DNA from: a virus | Reading direction: 5' to 3' (one strand) | IMG/VR virus record: IMGVR_UViG_3300032164_000009 | Span: 3,004-67,003 of that record | Length of the DNA: 64,000 nt | In this document: positions 40,179 through 48,218 of the stretch, piece by piece | How the letters are laid out: each line of letters opens with the position of its first letter | How positions within the stretch are numbered: the first letter of the stretch is position 1 | The notes under the pieces: generated by a model | The model's input: only the letters and a program-made list of their open reading frames with translations | Told to the model about the DNA's origin: nothing | The model's database searches: none | Translations under genes and position numbers: made by a program

Positions 40179-40751
40179 ATGCGAGTTAATTTCTCAATTC
40201 GATTGCAAGCCGTTCCCGGAAGCGATGTCCGCGAGGCAATTTTAGACGCGAAAAGAATTGCCGGGCTTCTCGCCGCAGACGTTTGTTTCGACTGCAATGG
40301 AATTCACGTTTATGTCAAACCCGGGAGCGACGTTCAAACGGTGCTGGATATGTATCTCTCAGCGTTAGCGCGGGGATTGATTGCGCCAACACCGCCCGTG
40401 CTCGTCGAGGACGAATTGAAAGAGGCCGCAAGGGTCTACGTCAACCAGAATCCGTCCCACGATCTGATCTGCCGTGCCGAGGCCGAACTTCGGCGGCTAC
40501 GGAAGGAAGTTTCCGTTCAGGAAAGTCGAGCGGACAGTTGGCGAGAAGATTGCCGCAGGACTTCCAATGAATGCACTCGTCTCAAGGCCGAGATCGAGGA
40601 GAAGGTGCGGACGTTTATGGACGGTCCACCGCCGAAGCCGCGGAAGGTACGGATATTTTGGAAAGCCGGGGACATTCACAAATTCTTTGATGTTCCGACT
40701 AAGAGGGAGATGTCGATGGTTGACGCCACAATCGAAGAAATAGGGGACTAG
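40179..40751 (+). CDS. Hypothetical protein
   Basis: ORF with coiled coil. Confidence 0.5.
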   Translation: MRVNFSIRLQAVPGSDVREAILDAKRIAGLLAADVCFDCNGIHVYVKPGSDVQTVLDMYLSALARGLIAPTPPVLVEDELKEAARVYVNQNPSHDLICRAEAELRRLRKEVSVQESRADSWREDCRRTSNECTRLKAEIEEKVRTFMDGPPPKPRKVRIFWKAGDIHKFFDVPTKREMSMVDATIEEIGD

Positions 40752-40755
40752 GGCG

Positions 40756-41061
40756 ATGTTCTACGTACTCAACGCTCTCTGCCTCTTCATCCTCTCCGGC
40801 TGGATCGCCGGGGCAGGATGGTTCGCCGTGGCGTGGCAGGAACACCTGAAGCCGCGTAGCTGGTCTCAGATCATCTACGTCGCCCTGGCTGCCCTGCTGT
40901 GGCCATGGTGGCTGCCAGCGGCTACGGCGTGGAAGGCGGTGGTAGGTGAGCGTAGGAGACGTGAGGCATGGGAGAAAACGATGCGGGCATTCAGGGGCAA
41001 GACCAATGGATCAACGAAGGCGGGGGCAGAAAAAGGCACGACAGAGGAGCAAGGGAAGTGA
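40756..41061 (+). CDS. Membrane protein (2 TM helices)
   Basis: Hydrophobic helices; LLWPWW motif. Confidence 0.5.
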   Translation: MFYVLNALCLFILSGWIAGAGWFAVAWQEHLKPRSWSQIIYVALAALLWPWWLPAATAWKAVVGERRRREAWEKTMRAFRGKTNGSTKAGAEKGTTEEQGK

Positions 41062-41087
41062 GGTTGAGCGGTGGCCCCCCCAGCGGC

Positions 41088-41129
41088 GGGTCCTTCCAGG
41101 ACGTTGGCGCGCCGGTAGGGCGGTGGGAA
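41088..41129 (+). other. Putative lambda-type cos site (cosQ plus cosN-like)
   Basis: GGGTCCT, then 23 nt, then GGGCGG...; same motif and spacing as lambda cosQ/cosN; immediately upstream of the terminase. Confidence 0.6.
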
Positions 41130-41169
41130 CTCTCCCCCCAGTTTACTTACTTACTACCAGAGTGATCCA

Positions 41170-43275
41170 CTGAGCGACCAGCACGAATATGACCGGGAAC
41201 GCTCGCGCCGGAGACAGCAGGAATCGTCAACAAGCGGTCGAGATATCGGCCCCACGCCCCCGATTGCCGATGTTCGCCGTCGCAACCGATGCCGGCGGCT
41301 GGCCGTTTTCTGCACGACCTACAACCCGGTGGCGTTCTATTGGCATTGGAGCAATGAGCATCGCCGGGTGATTGCGGCTATCGAGCGGAGCGTCAAGGAG
41401 GGTTTGATTTTGGCGTTTGCGATGCCTAGGGGAAGCGGGAAAACGGCGATCTGCCGAATGGCGGTATTGTGGGCCGCGTCGTGGGGCCTGAGTTACTACG
41501 TCTACCTGATCGGTGCGAATGAACCGGCCGCCTTAAAAAACCTCGAAGCCGTCAAGGGCTGGATGCGAGCCCTCCATCCCTACGTCGATGACTTTCCAGA
41601 GATTTCTTGTGCGGTGGTGAAGCTCGGCAAGATCGCGCAGCGCGCCGCTGGCCAGCTTCAGAACGGCCAGCCGACCGACATTGTTTGGGAGACGAACCGA
41701 ATCGTCCTGCCCCGTGTCCAGGCCCCGCCCAATCTTCCAAAATGCGATCAGCGACCCGATGGAATGGCCGCGAGTTCGCAGGTAGTTATTGCCGTATCTG
41801 GTCTCACCGGGGAGGGCATCCGCGGCAGTTTATTTGCCGATTCGATTACAGGGGCCCTGCGGCGGCCAGACCTTATCCTGCTCGACGATCCGCAGACCGA
41901 TGAGTCGGCTAAATCGCTCCAACAGAATGCGGACCGCGAAGAGTTGATTGCGGGAGCCGTGCTCGGATTGGCTAATCCTGATAGACCGTCGGCCGTGGTG
42001 ATGCCTTGCACGGTCATTCGGCGAGGCGATATGGTTGATCGGATTCTCGATCGAAAGCGCAACCCGACGTGGCGTGGAATCCGGACGGCTTTTTTCAAGT
42101 CCATGCCTACCGACAAGGCAGCGTGGGAAGCGTATGAAGCCGAGTACCGGGAGGCCCTGGGACAGGACGTACCGGATCGGGCCCGGCTGAACCGCTACTA
42201 CCGAGAGCATCGGGCGGAACTGGATAAGGGGGCCGAAGTCTCATGGATTCAGCGCAAGACGTGGGAAGTGTCGGGGGTTCAGCATGGGATGCACCTCTTT
42301 TTTCAGAAGCGCTCGACATTTTTTGCGGAGTACCAGAACGATCCGCAAGAAGAGCGGAGCCCCCATTCCGTTTTGACGGCTGCTATCGTAATGAGTAAGG
42401 CGGCTGGATTGCCGTGCGGTACTATGCCACTCAATTGCGAGCACGTCGCGGCTTATTGTGACGTTCACGGGCGAGTACTCTACTGGCTGGTATCGGCGTG
42501 GTCGCAAAATTTTGGCGGTGGAGTGATCGACTACGGCACCTGGCCGCGACAGAACCGTGCATACTTTTCCCAGGAGTCGGCCCCGGTCGTCTTGGAAGAC
42601 ATCTATCCCGGTTTAGTCGATGATGCCCGAATCACGGCTGGCCTTCAGGCCGTGGCAGACGTATTGCTGGCGCGAAAGTTCACTCGTGAAGATGGGGCGG
42701 AATTCAAGATTGGAAAACTTTTGTTTGATGCCAAGTGGGGCGAGAAAAATGCCCTGGTCAAAGCATTCTGTCGGCGGCACCCCGCCTATCCGGAAATAGT
42801 TTTCCCCGCGCAGGGCTTAGGGATTGGGGCAAGCTCGAAGCCTTTCAATGAATACCGGCCGGAGCATGGGGCACGGATTGGCGAGCATTGGCGTATCCCG
42901 CCAGCAGTGAAGGGCGACCGTTGGGTGACCATTGACACGAATTGGTGGAAGAGTATCGCCGCGAGCCGGTTAGCGATGGCCATCGGCACGCCCGGCGGCT
43001 GGCAACTGTTCGGGCGAGACCCGCAAGAACACGAACTATTCGCGGACCATTGCATCGCTGAGGAGCCTGTCGAAACTACGGCAAAGGGCCGGACTGTTGA
43101 CGAATGGAAGTGGAAACCGGGGCGGCCGGACAATCATTGGTGGGACTGTTTAGTGGGGTCTGCGGTGGCTGGGTCGATGCTTGGCGTGCCGATGGCCGGG
43201 GGGAAGGTACGGAAGGCCATAGCCGATCCGATGCAGCGACCTTCGGCGGCGGACGTGGCGAGAGGGGGAAAGTGA
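41170..43275 (+). CDS. Terminase large subunit (GpA-like); probable CTG start at 41170
   Basis: MPRGSGKT (Walker A); RPDLILLDDPQT; EYQN.P; DNHWWDC; frame open upstream of the called start 41329, giving SGRDIGP.PP.AD..RR. Confidence 0.85.
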   Translation: MSDQHEYDRERSRRRQQESSTSGRDIGPTPPIADVRRRNRCRRLAVFCTTYNPVAFYWHWSNEHRRVIAAIERSVKEGLILAFAMPRGSGKTAICRMAVLWAASWGLSYYVYLIGANEPAALKNLEAVKGWMRALHPYVDDFPEISCAVVKLGKIAQRAAGQLQNGQPTDIVWETNRIVLPRVQAPPNLPKCDQRPDGMAASSQVVIAVSGLTGEGIRGSLFADSITGALRRPDLILLDDPQTDESAKSLQQNADREELIAGAVLGLANPDRPSAVVMPCTVIRRGDMVDRILDRKRNPTWRGIRTAFFKSMPTDKAAWEAYEAEYREALGQDVPDRARLNRYYREHRAELDKGAEVSWIQRKTWEVSGVQHGMHLFFQKRSTFFAEYQNDPQEERSPHSVLTAAIVMSKAAGLPCGTMPLNCEHVAAYCDVHGRVLYWLVSAWSQNFGGGVIDYGTWPRQNRAYFSQESAPVVLEDIYPGLVDDARITAGLQAVADVLLARKFTREDGAEFKIGKLLFDAKWGEKNALVKAFCRRHPAYPEIVFPAQGLGIGASSKPFNEYRPEHGARIGEHWRIPPAVKGDRWVTIDTNWWKSIAASRLAMAIGTPGGWQLFGRDPQEHELFADHCIAEEPVETTAKGRTVDEWKWKPGRPDNHWWDCLVGSAVAGSMLGVPMAGGKVRKAIADPMQRPSAADVARGGK

Positions 43276-43276
43276 G

Positions 43277-43768
43277 TTGAAGAAAGGCGGTGAAGAAATG
43301 GCGGGAGGCGAAACCGTGGTGATTGTTGGCGGTGGAGAGGCAATAGGTTGCTGCACGATCAGGCGAGAGAAGGTGAACTATGGCCCTTGCTCACTGTGCG
43401 AGCAGGACATCATCGGTGATCCGTTGACGGAAATGCCGTTTACCATTGGCTTCGCATCAGGTGAGCGGATCAAGATGCACCCCGCGTGCATCGACCGGGC
43501 GGCGATGATCCTACTCAGTATGGTTAAGGCACAAGTCAAGGCAGAGGGAGCGCAGACGGTCACGCCGCCGAAACGGAGGGCTTACCTCACAACCGGAACT
43601 CTCCTCTACTACCACGATGATGGAAATGTGTACTGCCCTGGGTGCGGGGCGGTTATGGACGTGAAGAACACAGGTACGTTTATGCTGGTGCGGTGTGATG
43701 CCTGCGATACCCGCGATAAGAAACCGGGGGTTGCGAAAGAGGCGGAAGGGGCAAGGGTGACCCGGTGA
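43277..43768 (+). CDS. Zinc-finger hypothetical protein
   Basis: CSLC, CPGCG and CDAC motifs. Confidence 0.5.
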   Translation: MKKGGEEMAGGETVVIVGGGEAIGCCTIRREKVNYGPCSLCEQDIIGDPLTEMPFTIGFASGERIKMHPACIDRAAMILLSMVKAQVKAEGAQTVTPPKRRAYLTTGTLLYYHDDGNVYCPGCGAVMDVKNTGTFMLVRCDACDTRDKKPGVAKEAEGARVTR

Positions 43769-44667
43769 TTGTCAACATCGACACGCGAAATCACCCCTGT
43801 GCCGGCTATGTAGGCGACTACGTTATCCTTCTAAAGCTACTGGTCGAGGCGGCGGGGCATCAGGTGGGCAGTGCCGAGACAAGTAGTTGTCATGTTTTCA
43901 TCGAAGGATTCGGTTCGGGCTTCGGTGACAAGATGAAGGCGATCAAGGGCCGGGGAGACGTGATCCTGGTGACCTCGGAGATCGTGACCGGCGGCACGTT
44001 CAACGGCTTCCCCGACTACACCCACGCAACCGGCCAGAACTGGCAGAGGCGCTTCGATAACTTCAGGGCGTGTGCCAAACACGCCCGGGCGGTGTGGTGT
44101 GGCGTTGACGACCCGGAACAGATCGGGGCCTATCAGGCGATCGTTGACTGTCCGGTGATACCGCTGCCGTTCTTTTACTTCCCGGCGTATCCTCGATTCG
44201 CCCACGTGCCAAACCAAAACGTCGATGTGTTTTTCTGGGGCCAGCACGTTCCGTATCGCGACAAGTTGATCTCGGGACTGAGGCATGATCTGAAGGGGTC
44301 CACCATTGAGTATCCATCGTTTATGCCCGGCAAGGAGCGGGACGAACTGGCGGCGCGGAGCAAGATCGCGCTGAACCTGAAGCAAAGCGCCCAGTGGGCT
44401 TATCCGTCAATCGTGCGGTATTGGTATCACCTCAGCAACGCTTCGTTCATCTTGGGCGAGGAATGCGAGAAGCGATGCAAGCTGAACGACTATGTGCTCG
44501 CGGTGCCTTCCGAGCAACTGGGCGAGACGTGCGTGGAACTGCTTGGCAGCGGTCGATGGAAGCGATTGGCGACTGACTCATACGAACGTTTTGCGGCCGA
44601 GTTGCCGGGCGGGCTGGCGGCGGAGGAATTGTTTGATCGGAGTTTCAGCGGAGTGCCCAAACTATGA
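43765..44667 (+). CDS. Glycosyltransferase-like protein (GT-B C-terminal type)
   Basis: DVFFWG....R..L; RDEL.ARSKIALNL; FILGE. Confidence 0.55.
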   Translation: MIVNIDTRNHPCAGYVGDYVILLKLLVEAAGHQVGSAETSSCHVFIEGFGSGFGDKMKAIKGRGDVILVTSEIVTGGTFNGFPDYTHATGQNWQRRFDNFRACAKHARAVWCGVDDPEQIGAYQAIVDCPVIPLPFFYFPAYPRFAHVPNQNVDVFFWGQHVPYRDKLISGLRHDLKGSTIEYPSFMPGKERDELAARSKIALNLKQSAQWAYPSIVRYWYHLSNASFILGEECEKRCKLNDYVLAVPSEQLGETCVELLGSGRWKRLATDSYERFAAELPGGLAAEELFDRSFSGVPKL

Positions 44668-44927
44668 CAGAAACGGGAACGATCAAGACAGTGGAGGAGA
44701 TTCTCGGTGAATCGCAAACGCCCGATGTGCTGAACCTATATCAGGCGATTGGAGACGCTGGTTTCGGTCTGGAGTTGAGCCCGGATCGGACCAACCCCAA
44801 ACTCTGGTCCGGACACTTCTGGTTCGACGGGACGCCTCGCGTGATTGCGGCAGACACGCCCGCCGCAGTTATTATGAGGGTATCTCAAGCGATCATCGAA
44901 GGGCGATTAGTAAAGAAGAAGCCATGA
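44664..44927 (+). CDS. Hypothetical protein
   Basis: ATGA coupling. Confidence 0.5.
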   Translation: MTETGTIKTVEEILGESQTPDVLNLYQAIGDAGFGLELSPDRTNPKLWSGHFWFDGTPRVIAADTPAAVIMRVSQAIIEGRLVKKKP

Positions 44928-45106
44928 AGTGTGAAATTTGCGGCGGGCGGTGTGTCCTTGATGCCCACACGGCGGATTGTACGGCGTGTGGTCAGCACTA
45001 TGAGCAGCCGGGATCATTTGTCTATCGGATTGTCCTGACCAATGAGCAGCGGGCCTTGCTCCAAAAGGCAGCGCGGCCGAGCGAAGCAAAGGAGATCAAG
45101 ACATGA
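44924..45106 (+). CDS. Small zinc-ribbon protein
   Basis: CEICGG..CTACG. Confidence 0.5.
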   Translation: MKCEICGGRCVLDAHTADCTACGQHYEQPGSFVYRIVLTNEQRALLQKAARPSEAKEIKT

Positions 45107-45564
45107 CAGACGGGCGAGAACCGGAGACTCCGATTGATCCAATAGAGAAGGCTTTCTTCAGGTGTATCAACTGCGGTCTTGAACGGTCCACGATTGAAGA
45201 GTTCACATATAGGTGGGACAGTACGCTTGGCACCCGGGATTGCCGAGAGCGTTTGGCCCAGGATGACGTGGGCGAATATCGTCCTTCGCCGTGCGGAGCG
45301 GAACCGGCTCATGTGATACTACTAGACGATTCCAATCCTTCTCGGTACTTAGTCGCCTTCATCGACTACCGACCCTTCACCATCAATACAGATGCGCTTG
45401 CAGTCAAGGGACTGCCAGAAATCGGTGCTAGTCGGAAGTCGGGAGGCGGAGTTGAACTGCTCAGTCTCCGTGCGCCTATACTCATTTCCCGCCAGATGTC
45501 TGAAGTAAGGTGCTATTGGGAAAGCATAACAAGGAGCGCAACAAATTGTGCCCTGGGTAGGTGA
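45103..45564 (+). CDS. Hypothetical protein
   Basis: AAGGAG RBS; ATGA coupling. Confidence 0.4.
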   Translation: MTDGREPETPIDPIEKAFFRCINCGLERSTIEEFTYRWDSTLGTRDCRERLAQDDVGEYRPSPCGAEPAHVILLDDSNPSRYLVAFIDYRPFTINTDALAVKGLPEIGASRKSGGGVELLSLRAPILISRQMSEVRCYWESITRSATNCALGR

Positions 45565-45652
45565 CTACGTGAATGATGCCGTCGCGGTTGGTTTTGCCGG
45601 GGCGGATCGAGGCGGTGTGTGAAGTGTTTCTAACCTAAAGGAGTGCAGTCTA

Positions 45653-46303
45653 ATGATGTACGAAGCGAAGTTTTCCCTGACCGGCGACATGCCCCTCATT
45701 ATGCACCAGGACGATGTTGAGGCGTCCGATACCTTAATGGCCTGGCGCAAGGCCCCCGAGAACAAAAACCTGAGCGTGGCTGGCGATGATCGCAGCCCGC
45801 CCTGGACGTGGCAGACCTACCTCTATTCGGACGGAGAGAACGTCACGATCCCCGCCCAAAATCTTATGGTTGCCATCCGGCAGGCCGGCACTCAGATTAT
45901 CCTGAAGAAACAGAAGACCTACAAGGAGATCAGCCAGAGTGGGTTGTTGATTCCGACTGAGTATCTGGACTTCAGCACGGCCGGGCGGAAGGTCGAGATT
46001 GGCGAGATTGAGGCGGTGCGAGATTTGCCGTTTCAAGAGCAATCGGAGGCGGCCCGCAAACTCGGCTTTCGACTATTCATCAAGCGCGCCGTCATCGGCA
46101 AGGCCAAGCACGTTCGGGTCCGGCCCCGCTTCGATGTGTGGGAACTGGCTGGCACGATTCGCGTTTTGGTCCCTGAGATCACTTGGGACGTGCTTGGCAA
46201 GTTGTTTGAACTGGCCGGGCGGGTCGGGCTTTGCGACTGGCGGCCGGGGTGTAAGACGCCGGGGCCCTACGGGATGTTCACGGCGAAAGTGACAAAATGC
46301 TAG
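45653..46303 (+). CDS. Stand-alone RAMP/Cas7-like RNA-binding protein (effector candidate of the GGY-NN array)
   Basis: N-terminal beta strand LTG..PLIMH; IPAQNL...IR.A; R.RPRF..W; C-terminal Gly-rich loop GRVGLCDWRPG...GPYGMF; AAAGGAG RBS; no other cas genes nearby. Confidence 0.75.
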   Translation: MMYEAKFSLTGDMPLIMHQDDVEASDTLMAWRKAPENKNLSVAGDDRSPPWTWQTYLYSDGENVTIPAQNLMVAIRQAGTQIILKKQKTYKEISQSGLLIPTEYLDFSTAGRKVEIGEIEAVRDLPFQEQSEAARKLGFRLFIKRAVIGKAKHVRVRPRFDVWELAGTIRVLVPEITWDVLGKLFELAGRVGLCDWRPGCKTPGPYGMFTAKVTKC

Positions 46304-47024
46304 GGTTCGGCATTGTTGGGTCAGGTACGGCCCGGTATGGCTCGGTAGAGCAAGGTCCGGTCTGGCAAGGCTGGGCACGGCCCGGCAGAGCGTGGTGAGG
46401 TAAGGTTCGGCGTGGCAAGGGCGCAGAGCGCAGGGAATAGGGAGAATTAAACCAATCTCGGCTCGGTAGGGCAAGGCGTGGCGTTGTCAGGCAAGGCATG
46501 GTCGGGCTTGGTAGTGTGCGGCCGGGTCCGGCGCGGTCCGGTCGGGCGCGGCAAGGCGAGGGCGCAGAGCACACGGAACGAGAAACGAAATAAGTTATGT
46601 ACGGTGCGGTTCGGTCCGGCGTGGTCTGGCAGAGCACGGTGCGGTGCGGCCGGGTGGGGTTCGGCACGGCAGAGCCTGGTGAGGTCCGGCAAGCCTCGGC
46701 TGAGCTAGGCATGGCCGGGCCAGGCAAGGCAAGGGCACAGAGTGCAAGGAGCGGAGAAAACGAAACAACTATGGTTCGGTACGGTTCGGCCTGGCTGGCC
46801 TCGGCATGGCATGGTGGGGTCCGGTTCGGTAGGGTCCGGCTTGGCAGAGCAAGGCGCGGCACGGCACGGCAAGGCGGGGCGAGGGTGCAGAGCACACGGA
46901 ACGAGAAACCAAATAAGCTAAGGTCGGGCAGGGCTTGGTCCGGCTTGGTCCGGCAAGGTTAGGCATGGCATGGTCGAGCGCGGTGCGGCGCGGCAGAGCA
47001 TGGTTTGGCGAGGGTACTGAGTAC
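46304..47024 (+). ncRNA. Array of five GGY-NN pentamer guide units, each ending in a small hairpin, joined by A-rich linkers
   Basis: Tracts 46304-46418 (23 pentamers), 46460-46559 (20), 46598-46732 (27), 46773-46882 (22), 46922-47011 (18). Confidence 0.85.
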
Positions 47025-47053
47025 AAAACTTTAACCAGTGCAGAGGAGTGAAA

Positions 47054-47548
47054 ATGTTCAAGTCAGATTCGGAAAGCAGAGCGGCGGGCGAGCGACTTTG
47101 GCGGACGTTCGGCGACAAGTCGCGGGGCGAGACGATCACTTGGTCGAACCTTGAGGCGGTCATGGGCCGGACCCGGATTGAACCGGGCGGTTGGCATATC
47201 ATCCGGCGTTTTCGTAAGCGGCTTCTCCGAGAGCGCCGGATTGTCACGCTTCCGGCCGATACCGTGGGCTTGCGCTTGTTGACTCACCAGGAGACAGCCC
47301 GAGAGGTGCCGGCGTTGCGACAACGGCGGGCATATCGACAGATCAACCGATGCCTAAAGGAAACCGCAACCGTCGATGGAACCGGCTTGACGGATCACGA
47401 GCGGAAGGTACTGGCGGTGCAACGGCACAATCTCGCCTTTCAGCGGCTTCAGATCGGGCGGTCGCGCCGGCAGTTGGTGCAGGGGACGAAGAAAACCGAG
47501 GTCAATCCGTTACGGAAAGAGAAGGCCGCCGAATTAGTGGGAGCATAA
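47054..47548 (+). CDS. Basic accessory protein embedded in the guide array (winged-helix-like)
   Basis: GAGGAG RBS; Arg-rich; lies between guide units 5 and 6. Confidence 0.65.
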   Translation: MFKSDSESRAAGERLWRTFGDKSRGETITWSNLEAVMGRTRIEPGGWHIIRRFRKRLLRERRIVTLPADTVGLRLLTHQETAREVPALRQRRAYRQINRCLKETATVDGTGLTDHERKVLAVQRHNLAFQRLQIGRSRRQLVQGTKKTEVNPLRKEKAAELVGA

Positions 47549-47557
47549 CTGCGATTG

Positions 47558-47660
47558 GGCTGGGCAAGGCTAGGCGCGGCAGGGCCCGGCTTGGCAGAGC
47601 GTGGCAGGGTTCGGCGGGGCCGGGTGCGGTTCGGCTACGCATGGCAAGGGGACTGAGTCC
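47558..47660 (+). ncRNA. Sixth GGY-NN guide unit
   Basis: 18 pentamers followed by GG-GGAC-TGA-GTCC hairpin. Confidence 0.8.
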
Positions 47661-47741
47661 ATGGTGACTTGATATTGAAAACAATCTGACCAGCAACACA
47701 CCTGGGGTCCGCGAGCCCTGGGACCGTGGGGCGTAACGGAG

Positions 47742-47776
47742 CGGCGCGTCGGAGCCGACACCGACGCGCCGTTTTT
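47742..47776 (+). terminator. Terminator-like hairpin with U-tract
   Basis: CGGCGCGTCGG/CCGACGCGCCG stem plus TTTTT. Confidence 0.6.
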
Positions 47777-47810
47777 GTTGCGCCTGCTGGTCGGTCTTGA
47801 GAAACGAAAC

Positions 47811-48059
47811 ATGAAACCCGAAGACCGCCCATCGGCGAGCGAAGTGGCAGGCCCGGCTCAGCGGGGCATCCGCTGCCCGGAGTGCCATGCCGCCGGGGAG
47901 TGGTCCGTCAATTACGGTCGCCACATTCCAGGGGGCTATCGGCGGGTACGGGTTTGCCGCAAGTGCGGCCACCGAACAGTCACGCTTGAGCGGCTCGCGG
48001 GGGATCGGTCCACCGGTGGAACTTCCCCGCCGGTAAGCGGTGATTCGGCATTGGAATGA
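47811..48059 (+). CDS. Zinc-ribbon protein (NrdR N-terminal/Ogr-like)
   Basis: GIRCPEC...RRVRVCRKCGHRTVT.E. Confidence 0.65.
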   Translation: MKPEDRPSASEVAGPAQRGIRCPECHAAGEWSVNYGRHIPGGYRRVRVCRKCGHRTVTLERLAGDRSTGGTSPPVSGDSALE

Positions 48060-48143
48060 CCGGAGAGTAGCCCTATCCTGAAATAGACAACCCAACCGGG
48101 CGACGCTCCGGGCCGATCCCCCAGAGCGAACCTAGCGCAGCAC

Positions 48144-48182
48144 AAGGCTGTATGGAGCCATACCTCCATGCGGCCTTTTTTG
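48144..48182 (+). terminator. Terminator-like hairpin upstream of the head genes
   Basis: AAGGCTGTATGGAG/CTCCATGCGGCCTT stem plus T-run. Confidence 0.6.
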
Positions 48183-48218
48183 TTGCGCTCGCCCGAGTTG
48201 TGGCTGTCGGGAGCAGCC

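Noticed and set aside
45653-45706. Unit 6 as a self-targeting guide against the start of the RAMP gene (7/18 dinucleotides match)
   Set aside because: A match of this level is expected by chance somewhere in 64 kb, and the conserved G..PL residues are not reproduced
46073-47026. ORFs called across the pentamer array (e.g. 46278-46895 minus, 46597-46962 plus)
   Set aside because: Low-complexity by-products of the 5-nt periodicity; no RBS, and a period of 5 does not fit codon structure
46304-47660. Canonical CRISPR array or simple microsatellite
   Set aside because: No identical 25-40 bp repeats with unique spacers; the NN positions are too information-rich for slippage repeats
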